DNA of 64,000 nt from the human T2T-CHM13v2.0 reference genome, Homo sapiens. The stretch lies in NCBI RefSeq assembly GCF_009914755.1, contig NC_060925.1. The stretch is one strand, 5' to 3'. Each line of letters starts with the position of its first letter. Within the stretch, counting starts at the first letter, position 1. Both the position numbers and the translations under genes were made by a program. A model generated the notes under the pieces. That model was not told where the DNA came from. It did no database searches and saw only the letters and a program-made list of their open reading frames with translations. This document shows positions 20,347-45,684 of the stretch, piece by piece.

Positions 20347-20437
20347 GTATAGAATATATAATGCTCACCCTCATACAGCTCATCTCCTGCCATGTGGCCT
20401 GGTCCCTAACAGGCCATGGACCTGGTATAGAATATAT
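20281..20437. repeat. Perfect 78-bp tandem duplication
   Basis: 20281-20358 equals 20359-20436; visible as a repeated 26-aa peptide in the ORF track. Confidence 0.97.
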
Positions 20438-20988
20438 CTGCCACCCCAAGTTCGCTTGTGTCCCTTTGCTGTCTGTTCTCTCTCCCCAGGCCCAGCCTTT
20501 GGCAACTACTGATGTGCTTTTTGTCACTGTGGTTTTGCCTTTTCCAGAATTTCATAGGAATGGAATCATACAGTATATAGTCTTTTGTGTCTTTTTTCAC
20601 TTAGCATAATCCTCCTGAGATTCATCCATGTTGTTTTGAGTATCAATAGTTTGTTCCTCTTTATTGCTGAAAAGTGTTCCATTGGCATGGGTATATAGAC
20701 TTTTCCATTCCCTAGTTAATGACCATATGGGTTGTTTCCAGTTTTTGCCTGTTAGAGAGAGAGCTGCTGTGAAAGTTCATATAAGTTTTTTTGTTTTTGT
20801 TTTGGTGTGGAATATGCTTTATTTCTCTCGGGTAAATACCTAGGAATGAAACTGGTGGAATGTATATTTACCAGTGTAAATTTATCTTTATAAGAAACTG
20901 CCAACCTGTTTTCTAAAGTGGCTATACCATTTTTGCATTTCCACCAGCAGTTGCTCCACATCTTATCAGTACTAGGTATTATCATATA

Positions 20989-21725
<737 letters not shown>

Positions 21726-21954
21726 GCTATTTTTATATATATACATTCTATGATCAAATGTCTGTTCAAAACTTTTGTCTATTTAAAAAAAAATTTTTTT
21801 TGTCTTATTGAGTTTCAGGAATCTTCGTATATTCTGAATACAAGTTATATATCAAATATATGCCTTCTAAACATATTCTCCCTGTCTGTGACTTACATTT
21901 TCATTTTCTTATCAGTTTTACACAAATATTTATATACGAAAAATGTGGAAATCA

Positions 21955-23345
<1,391 letters not shown>

Positions 23346-23826
23346 TTATTTTTAATGGAATGAAGACAAATTGAAGTGTATCTACAAGGGGGTGGAATGA
23401 TGAGTAAAACTTGTGTTAAAGAGTTATTAACAGATTTTGTTGTCTGTTTGGATTTTAATACATATCACTACCTTCTACCTTTGGAGGTAGAAATCTAGAA
23501 GTCATAATGAATGTTCTTTGCATGCAACTCCTGTGGGTTTACCCGTTAATTTATACTTTTTTCATTTCTACTCAAGAAAATATATTTGAATGAAATCATT
23601 GTGAATGCCTTCTACTTTACAAAAGTAAATACAAACTCAGGCTGTACACCTGTGTTCCACATCCTACTCCTGCCACTTAGTAATCATATGACCCTCTACA
23701 AGTCACTGAACCTCTTTAAGCCTCTGTTTTCTCATCTTTAAAATCAAAATAATATTAAGACTTCGCTCATGCAGTTTTTAGGATGAAATGAGACAATCCA
23801 TTTAAAATAGCATAGTGCCAGATTTA

Positions 23827-24521
23827 TAGTTAAATTTAGAGGCAGCCAAAAGCTACCTCCCTACATAGTGAACTATAACCTAATTTAATATATAAACTAC
23901 CTGCAACCTAACCTAAGAGTATACTCTTGTAACAAGTAGCTGAGCCTCAGTCAAGCATAGCAGCCAAGTTTTCAGCCAGTCATATAGGCTGAATATTGCC
24001 AAAGCATGTTCAAATAAGGCAAACACCTGAACTGCAGCCCATCAGGCTACTTCTGTATGTCATTTCTGTTTCTCTGGCTATAAATATAGCCTACATGCAT
24101 TGGGGGATGGAACATTCTGAACTGCATTTGGTACTGGATGCTAACTGGTTCATTAATCTCTATTTTTTTGAGACAGGGACTTGCTTAGTCACCCAGGGTG
24201 GAGTGCAGTGACATGGCTCACTGCAGTCTGGACCTCTTGGGCTTGAGTGATGCTTCTGCCTCAGGCTGCTCCCTTCCCCACCTTTCCCGGAAGCTGGGAC
24301 CACAGTTTTCATTTCCTTATTATTTGTAATGGGGGTTGGGGGTGGGGGCTCCCTGTGCTGCCCAGGCTGGTCTCAAACTTCTGGGCTCAACCAATCCTCC
24401 AGTCTCCACCTCTGCCTCCCAGAGTGCTGGAATTACAGGGGTGAGCCACCGCACCTGGCAAATCTGTTTTTTGTTCAATTAAGTCATTAAATTTAACTTG
24501 TCTCAGGTTTGTCATTTAACA
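23827..24521 (+). mobile_element. ERV1 solo LTR (MER57-like) with an inserted antisense AluJ
   Basis: GTGAACTATAACCTAA motif, TATA-like TATAAA, end ...TTTAACA; family tentative. Confidence 0.65.
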
Positions 24522-24807
24522 ATATGAACAAAATGTATATATTTTTTTCTTTTTATGCCTCGGTACTTCAAATAGTTATTAGTAGCTGTGATACAGTAAG
24601 AAATATTGTGTATATTTCTTACCGTATAAAGAAATATATACATATATATATTTCTTCTGTATATATATATAATTACTGTGATACAGTAAGAAATACATGT
24701 ATTCCTTATATATGTAGCTGGGACCACAGGTGGATGCCACCATGCCTGGCTAATTTTTTGACTTTTTTGTAGAGACAGGATTTCGCCATGTTGTGCGGGC
24801 TAGTCTC

Positions 24808-25305
24808 TGCTGGGCAAGGTGTCAGAACCCGGCAGTGGAGAGTGGTTGGCTCACTGGTGGTAAAAGAATTTACTGACAGCAGTATAGGTTTAGAAAGGAA
24901 AGTTTTATTAGATAGAATGCTGCAGCAGAGTGCAGTACAGTGCTTCATTCAGCAAAAAGGACTGAGTGTGTTGCGGTGGATTTTCCTTAGGGGTATTTAT
25001 GGACTTTAAAGCAGGACCTTAGGGTAATTTGGACCATATTAGTTATGTAGGTCATGGTAAATTATTACATTTGTAGACTTTGGGTGCCTTGATGTTAGCA
25101 AGGGTTGCAAAATAAGTTTTGACATTCATGCATTCTGGAGATGTATAGAAATTCTAGTTACTTATAAATTTTTGGGAAAGAAGCCTGGTACCAGATGCTG
25201 GCTTTAGATAATAGAGAAGTCTAATTACTTTTCAATTTTTCAGATAAGGAGTTTTGTCTTCGGATGGTCTGCTTGATTGCCACTAGGTGATCGTTGTATT
25301 CTTCT
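24808..25305 (-). mobile_element. ERV solo LTR (LTR15-like) inserted inside an AluJ
   Basis: About 500 bp splitting an Alu at GTCTC|GAACTCC with 5-bp TSD GTCTC/GTGTC; family tentative. Confidence 0.7.
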
Positions 25306-25504
25306 GTGTCGAACTCCCAGGCTCAAGTGATCCACCCGCTTTGGCCTCCCTAAGTACTGGGATTATAGGAATGAGCCACTGTACCTGGCTGTTACTTTTA
25401 TCTGAAATTGAGAATACAGGAAAAGGAACAGGTTTGGGGGAGAAAATTAATGAGTTTGATTCTCAGATGATGACAGGTAATCTGGTGTACATATCCTTTT
25501 AAAA

Positions 25505-26695
25505 ATATTGATATGAAATTTACATAACAAAATCAACCATTTTAAAGTGAACAATTCAGTGGCATTTAGTACTGGCAGATTTGTTTTTCACAATACAACT
25601 GCCACCTCTATCTAGCTGCAAAACCTGCCTGTTACTTTAGATTTAAACCTCTTATCCATTAAGCCCTTTCTCCCCACTCCCCTTCCATGCAATCTGCATT
25701 TTGTCTCTATGGATTTCTCTATTCTGGATATTTTATATAAATAATATTATACATATGTGACCTTCTGTATCTGGTTTATTTCATTTAGCATAATGTTTGG
25801 ATGTTCATCCACATTCTAGCATATATTGGTACTTTATTCCTTCTTTTGGTTGAATAATATCTCGTTGTATGTGTCCAACACAACTTTTTATCCATTGATG
25901 GACACTGGGCTGTTTCCACCTTTTGGATACTGTGAATAGTGCTGCTATGAACTATATGTATACATGTACTTGAGTACCTGTCTTCAGTTCTTTTGGGGAT
26001 ATACCTGGGGTGGAATCACAAAGAAATACGGTAATTCAACTTTTTGAGGAATAACCAAACTGTTTTCTGTAATAGCTTACCATTTTACAGTTCCACTAGC
26101 AATGTACTGAAGGTTTCAGTTTCTCTATATCTTTGTCAACTTGTTATATTCCATTTAAAAAATTATTGTTTAGTTATACTATCCTGGTGAGTATGAAGTG
26201 GTACCTCATTGTGGTTTTGATTTGTAGTTCTGTAATGACTAATGATGTTGAGCATCTTTTCATGTGTTTTTTGACCATTTATATATCTTCTTTGGAAAAA
26301 TGTCTATACAAGTCCTTTGCCCATTTTTTTTAATTGAATTTTTTTGTTGTTTTAAGTTTGTTATATATTCTGGGTATTAGACCCTTAGTTATATGATTTC
26401 CAAATTTTTTTCCTGTTCTGTGTGTTGTCTTTTTAGTTTGTTGGTAATGTCCTTTGAAGTTTAAAAATGCCCTTGATGAAGTCTAACTTATCTGTGTTTT
26501 TCTGTTATTGCTTATGCTTTTGGTTTCATATCTAAGAATCCATTGCCAGCTCCAAGGTCATGATTTACTTCTGTGTTTTCTTCTATGAATTTTATGGTTT
26601 TACTTCTTATATTTACTTCATCGACCCATTTTGAGTCAGTTTTTATATTCAGTGTGAGGCAAGAGTTTATTTTTTTGCATGTGGATATCACTTTT
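25505..26695 (-). mobile_element. L1M (L1MB-like) 3' fragment
   Basis: Antisense L1 3' end sequence. Confidence 0.85.
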
Positions 26696-27299
26696 TAGGT
26701 ATCCTTTCAAGAGTTAGATGTCCAGAGTAAAGTACAGCAGTTTAGGGCTATAGATGTGGACTTGGAAGCTGTGGATTAAATCACCATGGGAGAGAGTAAA
26801 GAGAAATAAAAGGAATGTAGGGGAACATGAAAAAATTACATGTGAAAGGATAGATAATGTTAGACAGTGAAGTATTCAACTTAGATAAGAACTGTAGGAG
26901 TTTAGATAAAGTGCATTCACTTGAGAATTGCTGTCCTTTTCACTCTTAGTTTTTCTTTTTGTAAGAGGAACTTGTTTCTAATGCCATCTAGTGTCTTTTG
27001 AAGGGTATATGAGTAATGTTAAGAGGTTTTAAAATAAAAGTTTTGAAATTTCATGAGACTTGAGCAGTATATTGGCAGTCTTAGCTTACTCTCAAGAGCA
27101 TCCTTAAGAGAGAAGTAAAAGAACACATTAAATACTTTGCCTGAACAAATTCGGAGCTGAATTTCATCTTGAATAGTTAAGCATTTTTATCATCTCTTTT
27201 GTGTTAATTTGTAAAGAATTTAAGATACCTTAAAAATAGTGACGTCAAATTTTTTTCTTATCTTGAATTTGTCTTACAAAAATTATAGACAGCCTTACT

Positions 27300-27920
27300 T
27301 TTTTTTGTTTTTGTTTTTGAGACAGGATCTTGCTCTGTCACCCAGGCTGGAGTGCAGTGGTGCAACCTTGGCTCACCGCAGTGTCAACCTGCTAGGGTCA
27401 AGTGATTCTCCTGCCTCAGCCTCCTGAGTAGTTGGGACTACAGGCATGGGCCACGATGCCTGGCTAATTTTTATTTTTATTTATTTTTAAACTTTTATTT
27501 ATTTATTTTTTGAGACAGAGTTTCACTCTTGCTGCCCAGGCTGGAGTGCAGTGACTCACTGCAACCTCCGACTCCCAGGTTCAAGTGATTCTCCTGCTTC
27601 AGTTTCCTGAGTAGCTGGGATTACAGGCGCCTGCCACCATGCCCAGCTAATTTTTTGTATTTTTAGTAGAGATGGTGTTTCACCATGTTGGCCAGGCTGG
27701 TCCCAAACTCCTGGCCTCAAGTGATCCACCTGCCTCGGCTTCCCAAAGTGCTGAGATTATAGGTGTGAGCCACCGCGGCCAGCTTAATTTTTATTTTTAA
27801 ACTTTTTGTAGAGGTGGGATTTTACAGTGTTTCCCAGTTTGGTCTCGAACCCCTGGGCTCAAGCAATCCTGCCTCAGACTTCAAACTATCGGGATTACAG
27901 TTGTGAGCCACTGCACCTGC
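27300..27920 (-). mobile_element. AluJ with a nested AluS in its A-rich linker
   Basis: TAATTTTTATTTTT repeated around the inner Alu. Confidence 0.9.
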
Positions 27921-27990
27921 CAAGCATCTAAATTTTTAAAAGGCATTTAAAATAAAAAATTTTTTTAGATAAATTTGTTGGTTGATTGGT

Positions 27991-28333
27991 TTGTTCGTCC
28001 GTTTTGTGCTGCTATGACAGAATACTCGAAACTGGGTAATTTATAAGGAATCAAGGTTTATTTCTTAGAGTTCTTGGGGCTCAGAAGCCCAAGATCAAGG
28101 TACCAGCATCTGATGAGGGCTTTCTTGGTGTTTCCTCACGTGGCAGAAGGTGGAAGGGCAATAGAGAAGAAATCCATTCCTGTAAGCCCTTTTTATAGTG
28201 ACATTAATCCATTCATGAGAACAGAGCTTTCATGACTTAAACACCTCTCAAAAGGCCAAATCTCCCACCACTGTTGCATTGGAAATTAAATTTCCAGCAC
28301 ATGGATTTTGGGGAACACATTCATACCATAGCA
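27991..28333 (-). mobile_element. MaLR LTR (MST/MLT1A-like)
   Basis: GTCCGTTTTGTGCTGCTATGACAGAATAC...CCATAGCA termini. Confidence 0.8.
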
Positions 28334-28544
28334 GTTGAGGTTACAGAAAGAGATCTTACTGAATTTGTTGATGGTTAGAATACATGGGAGAACGTTTATG
28401 CAAGTTTTTGGTAAGGTGTCATATATGTCAAGGAGAACGGCATTATTAAACCACTAGTAAAAAGTTATAAGAGCAGGTTTTGTTTTTACTCTTATACAAA
28501 AAATATCAGTGCTAGTCTTTTTGTTTTTTTCCTTTTTCTTTTTT

Positions 28545-30921
<2,377 letters not shown>

Positions 30922-31041
30922 CCTTTTTCTTTTTTTTTAAGATGAGATTTTGCCATATTGCCCAGTCTGGTCTCGAACTCCTGGGTTCAAGCCATCTCCC
31001 CGCCTCAGCTTCCCAAAGGGTGTGAGCCACTATGCCCGGCC
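30922..31041 (-). mobile_element. FLAM_C-like Alu monomer whose tail hosts the TMA16 retrocopy
   Basis: GGCCGGGC start at 31041; tail remainder at 28522-28544; outer TSD AGT(G/A)CTAGTCTTTT 28508-28521 / 31042-31055. Confidence 0.85.
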
Positions 31042-31378
31042 AGTACTAGTCTTTTAATTAGGCTGTTATTGTCATGTGTTGCTTCGCACTGGTATATTTA
31101 CAGTGCTGAGCAAAGATTGAAAAGCAGTGCTACTGGTGCATTCTATCATATAGACAATATAATTACTAGTGATAGTTTAGTTGCAATAGAGAACTAATAT
31201 TTACTAGACCCTATTCCTAGTTTAACGTATGTTCTCCTTTATTTTCTCCAGAACATTGAGTTGTCATTCTTCATTTTTGCAATATGTCTTATCTATAGAA
31301 TGTATAGGGAACAAGGCTGGTTTCAGCATGTGTAGACTGGTGGCCTTAAGAGATAGCAATGTTAAGAAATAGTAGTAG

Positions 31379-31887
31379 TGTACAATAAACCATTAATATA
31401 GCAGTCCTGAGACTACTATCCTTAGAAAGGCTTGTGCGGAAGGCCGACCCTTGGCTGGTATCTGGAAACTTGAATGGTAAACAGTTTCCTACACTGATAA
31501 AAATTTCCTTGAATGATAAGAGTGACTTACTGTGCAAACAATGTGATTTATGCTGAACATTTACTTACCTTCTGGGAGTCTGAAATTTTGGTATGTAGTA
31601 GGCAAGAGGGTGCCTGTGTGAGCAGCTCCATTAAAAACTTTGGACACTGAGTCTTTGGTGAGCTTTCCTGGTAGACAACATTTCATGGATATAGTTACTA
31701 GGTGTTGCTGGAAGAAATAAGTGTGTCTTATGTGACTTCACTGGGAGCGAACTCTGGGAAGCTTGTGCTTGGTTTCCTCCAGACTTTGCCTCATGCACCT
31801 TTTCCATATGCTGATTATATGCAGGGTCCTGTGAGTACTCCTGGAGGATCATGGAACCTGGGGATGGTTTTGGTGACCCCTGACACA
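31379..31887 (+). mobile_element. ERVL solo LTR (MER68/MER77-like)
   Basis: TG...CA termini, motif CCTGAGACTACTATCCTTAGAAAGGC, 5-bp TSD AGTAG/GGTAG. Confidence 0.75.
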
Positions 31888-31924
31888 GGTAGTCTTTGAA
31901 GGATTTATGAAAATAGTTAAGGGT

Positions 31925-33025
<1,101 letters not shown>

Positions 33026-34914
33026 CATATTTTCTTTATCTAGTCCACTGTTGATGGGCACCTAGGTTGATCCCATGTCTTTACTATTGTGAATAGTGCT
33101 GTGATTAACATGTGAGTACATGTGTCTTTTTGGTAGAATGATTTGTTTTCTTTTGTATATTTACCCAGTAATAGGATTGCTGGGTTGAATGGTAGTTCAG
33201 TTTTAGGCTCTTTGAGAAGTCTCCCAACTACTTTCCAGAGTGCTAAACTAATTTACATTCCTACCAACAGTGTATACGTGTTCCCTTTTATCTGCAGTCT
33301 TGCCGGCATCTGTTGTTTTTTTGCTTTTTGATAATAGCTATTCTGACTGGCATAAGATGGTATCTCATTGTGGTTTTGATGTGCATTTCTCAAATGGTTA
33401 GTATGTGGAGCATGTTTTCATGTTTGTTGGCTGCCTGTATATCTTCTTTTGAGAAGTGTCTGTTCATGTCTTTTGCCCATTTTGTGATGGGGTTGTTTTT
33501 TGCTTGTTTAATTGTTTAAGTTCTTTATAGAGTCTAGATATTAGACCTTTGTCAGATGCATAGTTTGCAAATATTTTCTCCCATTCTGTAGGCTGTTAAC
33601 TCTACTGATTGTTTCTTTTGCTGTGCAGAAACTCTTTAGTCTAATTAGGTCCCACTTGACAATTTTTGTTTTTGTTGCAATTGCTTTTGAGGACTCAGTC
33701 ATAAATTGTTTCCCAAGGTCAGTGTCTGGAATGGTGTTTCCTAGTTTGTTTGTTTGTTTTTTCCCTAGGATTCTTACAGTTTGAGGTCTTACATTTAAAT
33801 CTTTAATCCATCTTGAGTTAATTTTTGTATGTGGTGAAAGGTAGGGTTCCAGTTTCATTCTTCTGCATGTGCCTAGCCAGCTATCCCAGCACTATTTATT
33901 GAATAGAGTCCTCTCCCCATTGCTTATTTTTGTTGACTTTGCTAAAGATCAGAAGATTGTAGGTGTGTGGCTTTATTTCTGGGTTCTCTATTCTGTTCTA
34001 TAGGTCTATGTGTCTGCTTTTGTACCAGTACTATGCTTTTTTTTTTTTTTTTTTTTAAACACTGTAGCCTTATAGTATAGTCTGAAGCTGGGTAATGTAA
34101 TCCCTGCAGCTTTGTTCTTTTTGCTTAGGATTGTTTTGGCTATTTGAGCTCTTTTTTGGTTTCATGTAAATTTTAGAATAGTTCTTTCTAGTTCTGTGAA
34201 AAATGACATTGGTAGTTTGATAAGAATTATGCTGAATCTGTAGATTGATTTGGACAGTATGGCTGTTTCAACAGTATTGATTCTTCTAATCCATGAGCAT
34301 GAAATTTTTTTCCTTTTGTTTGTGTCACCTGTGATTTCTTTTAGCAGTGTTTGTAGTTCTCCTTGTTGAGATCTTTTACCTCCTTGGTTAGATGTATTCT
34401 TAGGTACTTTTTCTTTTTCTTTTTTTTGTAGCTATTGTAAATGGGACTGCATTCTTTACTTGGCTCTCAGCTTGAATGTTACTGGTATATAGAATTGCTA
34501 CTGATTTTTGTACATTGCTTTTGTATCTTAAAACTGGGAAGCCATTTATCAGTTCCAGGAGCCTTTGGCGGAGTCTTTAGGGTTTTCCAGGTATAAAATC
34601 ATATTGTCTGCAAAGAAAGATAGCTGGACTTCTTTGCTGTTTGGATGCCTTTTCTTTCTTTCCTTTGTGTGATTGCTGTGGCTAGAACTTCCAGTGCTCT
34701 GTTGACCAGCAGTCAGGAGAGTAGACATCCTTGTCTTGTTCCAGTTCTCAAGAGGAATGTTTCCAGTTTTTCTCATTCAGCATGATGTTGGCTGTGGATT
34801 TGTCATAGGTGGCTTTTATTTATTTTGAGATATGTTCCTTGGATGCCTAGTTTGTTGAGGGTTTTTATCATGAAGGGATGGTGGATTTTATTGAAAGCTT
34901 TTTCTACATCTATT
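33026..34914 (-). mobile_element. Older primate L1 ORF2 fragment (L1PA15/16-like)
   Basis: Peptides [25 protein letters not shown] and FFADNMILYLENPKDSAK. Confidence 0.9.
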
Positions 34915-35409
34915 CATCTGACTTCCTTTTTTCTGCTTGACCTAATAGAAAAAATTTTCAGCCCTACTTGAAATGAATTACCTGAGCTGAGGGACTGAGA
35001 TTGCTGCTGGCAAATAGAATTAATGGACTATTTTTTAAAGAGGGCAAAAAGCTCCAAACAGAAACGTTTCTGAGATGTGTTGGGGCATTTTGGGAATAAA
35101 GTAACATGCATTTATAGGGAGATACTAAAATGAAAATATAGGAATTTCCTTTTTTTTCAGTTATTTAGCCTTTAAAAAAATACTTATGGTTGCATAGGAA
35201 GTTGCAAAAATAGTGCAGAGTACTATGAACCCTTCACCCAGCTTTCACCAATAGTGTCATCTTATATAGCTATAATACAATATTAAAACCATGAAAATGA
35301 CATTTGTACAATATCATTAACTAGATTATAGCCCTTATTTGGTCTTTATATACACTTGTATATGTTTGTGTGTGTATGTACAAGTCATGCAATCTCATCC
35401 CATGAATAG

Positions 35410-37628
<2,219 letters not shown>

Positions 37629-37829
37629 TTACCACAATGTTTTGATTACTGCTGCTATATAGTAAGTCTTAACATTGGGTAGAGTGATTCCTTACACTTA
37701 CTGTTCTATTTCAAAATGGTTTTAGTGATTTTTTTTCTTTCTACATAAATTTTAGAATAAGCTTTTTTATATCTACAAAAAGTCTTGCTGGGATTTTGAT
37801 AGGAATTACATTAAACCTATAAAGAAATA

Positions 37830-38511
37830 TGAGATAAAGGAAAAACTAAACTTTTACCTACTCTCAAACTCACCACAACACAGGACCCTTCTGACACCAC
37901 ATTTATGGGTTTTTTTTCCCTGTACACCAAACAGCAGACAGAAGCTGGGTGCCTTATAATTTAACTCAACTCCTATACTGCATGCCTGGAATAAGCATCA
38001 GATCCCATAGGCTAAGGCCCTGTCCCATAAGATTGCCCCTACTTTAGATCCAGTTTCAGTCCTAGCTGGTTTTACCTGTTCTTTTGACTGACCAGCTATA
38101 AATTGGATACAGATGAACCACCAGGTGGAGAAGCACATAGGATGAGGCAGGTGGGAAGGAGTGTGGAGCTTCACCCGCTCTGGGCTCACTATCCTCCAGG
38201 TACCTGCATGTGGTCAGGATCCTGGAAGCTCTCTGAACCCTGTACTTCACTGATTTTCATGGCAGCTTTATCACATAGGCATGATCCCCTTCCCAGAGGA
38301 TTGGAGGGTGAGGTGGAAAGTTCCAATTTTCTAATCATGGCTTGGTCTTTCTGGTGCACAGCCTCCATACAGGAGCCCAGTTAACATTCCCTTTGTTAGA
38401 ACAGAAGGCATGTCTATCACCCAATAAATTCTAATGGATTGGGAGCTCTGTGTCAAGAACTAGGATGAAGACCAAAAAATATATATTTTTATTATAAATC
38501 ACGATATCACA
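37830..38511 (-). mobile_element. Solo LTR (MER21B-like)
   Basis: Minus-strand start TGTGATATCGTGATTTATAATAAAAATATATATTT; TG...CA termini. Confidence 0.75.
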
Positions 38512-39377
38512 ATAAGTTTTGAGGAGAAATGGCTTTTTTTTTCTATTTGATTCTTCTGACCCATGAAAATAGTGTGTCTCTGCATTTATGTAGATTTTTA
38601 ATTCTTTTCATCAGCATGTTGTAATTTTTAGCATACATATCTTGTATGTGTTTTGCTGCATTTCTGTCTCTAAGTATTTTATCTTTTTGTATTTTCATGC
38701 TGCTTGCCAGGAACAGTCTCAGTCCCTCAGCGCTGGTAATTTATTTCAAGTGGGGTTGAAATTTAAGAGGTCAGATAGAAAAAAGAAATGAGATGAAACT
38801 TTTTTTTTTGCAACTTTAAATGATGTTGTATTTTAAATTTTAGTTTTTACATGTTTGTTGCTACTAGTATATAGAAATATGGTTGGTTTTCGTGTGCCGA
38901 TCTTGTATCCGGTGAGTTTGCTGAACTCATTTAGGAGTTTTTCTTGTAGATTGAGCATTTCTACATAGGCAATCATGTCATTTTCAAATAGGACAGTTTT
39001 ATTTTTTCCAATCTATATATTCCTTTTCTATCATTTTCTTTCTTTATTGCTCTGGCTAGGATTTAATTAAACACTGAATTTTTATTCTGGTAGTGCTGAC
39101 TTCAGGAGCCTAATTTGGGACTAGCAAATGCTAGTTTTACTCACCTTATCATTACAGTTTCAGATCTTCGGCTTCTCTTGGGCTTCAGAAGTTTAACTTG
39201 GATTGATCTTGAATATTGATCTTGAATATGCTGAAGGCAGGAAAAGCTCTGTCCTGAGTGTATACACAGTGCAATATAATTTTTATTTATTTGCCTCCCT
39301 TGAGTGTGAGCTTCTTGAAGAAGACAGTTCTGAAGATACAGGGCTTGGTACACAGCAAACTTGTAATTAATGTTTGA

Positions 39378-39503
39378 GGTCAGGCATGGGTGGCTCACAT
39401 CCGTAATCCAATGCTTTGGGAGGCTGAGGTGGGGGGATTGCTTGAGGCCAGGAGTTCAAGACCAGCCTGGGCAACCTAGCAATATCCCGTATCTAAAAAT
39501 AAT
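39378..39503 (+). mobile_element. FLAM_C monomer
   Basis: Single Alu arm. Confidence 0.85.
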
Positions 39504-40808
39504 AACAGTTACAATTGTTTGTTGAGCAAATATTTAAATGAATAAATGGAACTAATATGTGGCTTCTTCTCATATAAGAAGTCTAGGGAAAACCTTTTCA
39601 GACAAGGTATAGTGTAACTCAGGTTGAAATGACAAATGTGAGACTATTTGCAGTCACACACGCAGTTGCACATGTGATTTTGACATCAAACATTTTTGTT
39701 TATTTTTGTTTACTTGCATGCCTTGTAAGTTTCATGTTTTACTAACAAGACACTTTATTCTTTGAGTGTTACATGTCGTTTGGTTTGGCTTGCTTCTGTA
39801 TGTTAAAAAAACGTTCTGTCTTTTGAAAAGATACCATTATCTAATTGGTTTTAAGTTAGGAGAATTCTAAATTACAGGGCACAGTAAAATAAATGAGCAA
39901 TTATACCGAGGAAGAGCAAAACAAACAAAAAAGAATCATGGAACCATGTTTTGTATATACGTGGGGAGAAGTTATCCTTTAGATCTGTTTTTTTTTTTTA
40001 TGTGAGTATGCTTGAATGTATATGTCATGAGGGTAGTGGGCTGGGCTGAGCTGGGGAGGAGATGTGCATCATATGTAGGGAGTAGACTTAAGCTAGTTAT
40101 TTTTAAATAATACTTTAGCAAGGGAATTAGTACTTGTTTAAGTGTTCATATTGCCTTAATATTAGCATAGCTTTTTCATCAATATGTTCAGTATCTCAAA
40201 CGTCAAATTTGCATGAAAATATTCTCCCAAACCCCTAATCCTTCCCTGTTTTATTTTTCTTCATTGCATTTATTATCTTCTAACATACTGTATATTTTAT
40301 GTATTCATTTTTTGTTTAATGCCTGTCTACATCCACTTGAATGTAAGCTTTAAGAGGTCAGGGATTTTTATCTATTTCTATTAACAGTTGTATAGCTAGG
40401 CCCATGATATCATCTGGTACATAGAGAATACTTAATTTGTAAATCAATGAAAGGAAGACTACTTTGAAAAGAGTGATTTCTAGGATATTGGAATGAGGAA
40501 TCTTAATCATAAGCCTATGTAAATGATAAAATATTATCCCTATGGAATAGCAGGAAAGTCATTGTCCTTTTACCCTGAGGAGCATATTTGTCCTCTATAA
40601 AAAGGCCTTTCTATTTGGAAGGAATTTTACTTGATTGATTGACTCTCTGTTTAAGCAACAAATGAAAAAGAATCCTTTGTTGAGAAGCTACCACAGACTG
40701 TAAAGTTTCCAGGTTCTGTACTTTGTGCTGGATGGGGCACCACTGTGATGGGCCTGATGAGTCTCTGAGACTGCTGCAGGACTTGGATTTTGTAACTAAA
40801 GTTAGTTC

Positions 40809-42622
<1,814 letters not shown>

Positions 42623-43273
42623 TAGGAGTTTACTAGGTAAGAGCTGAAGTAGGGAACCTCTCCAGTAGGTGGGAACATGTGCCAAGGCATGAAGCAGTGA
42701 AACAAAGTGGTGCGTGCAAGAGAAGTACTCATAATTTGTTGTGGCCAGACACAACATGAGAGGGAGAAAATCAAGATGAGCTGATCAGGGAGGCCTAAAG
42801 TTAATTTTTTCATTGTGCTTATCTTGGCTTGCTTACCATGTAAAGAACCTTATAGCTTTCCACATGGGGTTAGTTATATTTTATTCACTTACTGATAAAT
42901 AAAAGGATAATTTATGTTGAGGAAATGTTTAGATGCAGCCTATTCTGAGAATTTATGTATTTACTTTTATTTCTGCAAGGTGTTTGACTTTTTATCTAGT
43001 CATTGGCTGATAGTCCTCTCAATACTAATAACATAGTAGAGAAGATGATGAAAATGTTTTATTCATCTGTTCTTGGACAAGAAACCCTGCTCTTTCTGTT
43101 CTTTTTAGTTGAAGCTGAATAAAGCTGAATGTTCTAGTCGGAAGCATGGGTTCAAGTTTCTACTACACTGTTTCTGAGCAGGTTACGTCTCCTTCCTGGG
43201 TCTTAATTTCTCCAGTTGTAAAATAGGGGATTTGAGGTAAATTAGCATATCCACTTTGATAAAAATTTATCTG

Positions 43274-45240
<1,967 letters not shown>

Positions 45241-45684
45241 TTTAATCAGTTACTACAAATATTACTGTAACATAAACAAATAAAGGTTTATTATCTTACA
45301 GAGAAGAATGCAAAATTTGCATAAATTTTGAGAACCAAACAGGCTTTAAGGAAACCAGGTTGTGGCAGGAAATTTTGAGCAGGTTACACACTACTCTGTG
45401 AGAGATACTGAAAAAAGTTGTGAATCATTCATACATGTTTCATAAATGATTCCTTTCAACAACCTTATAAGGTAGATGGTTGTATTCTTGTTTATCCACA
45501 AAGGATTTGAGGTGGGGAAAGATGGGGTATGTTCAGGAAACTGTGCCTTGTTCTTTCCAATTGGAAGGTTAAGTTACAATAAGGTACTACTGAAGATAAA
45601 ATCTGTTGTTTCCATGATATGGCGTGTCTTGAATGCCAAGGGGAGACGTTTTTTACTTAATTTTTTAGATAGTGAGGACTGAAG

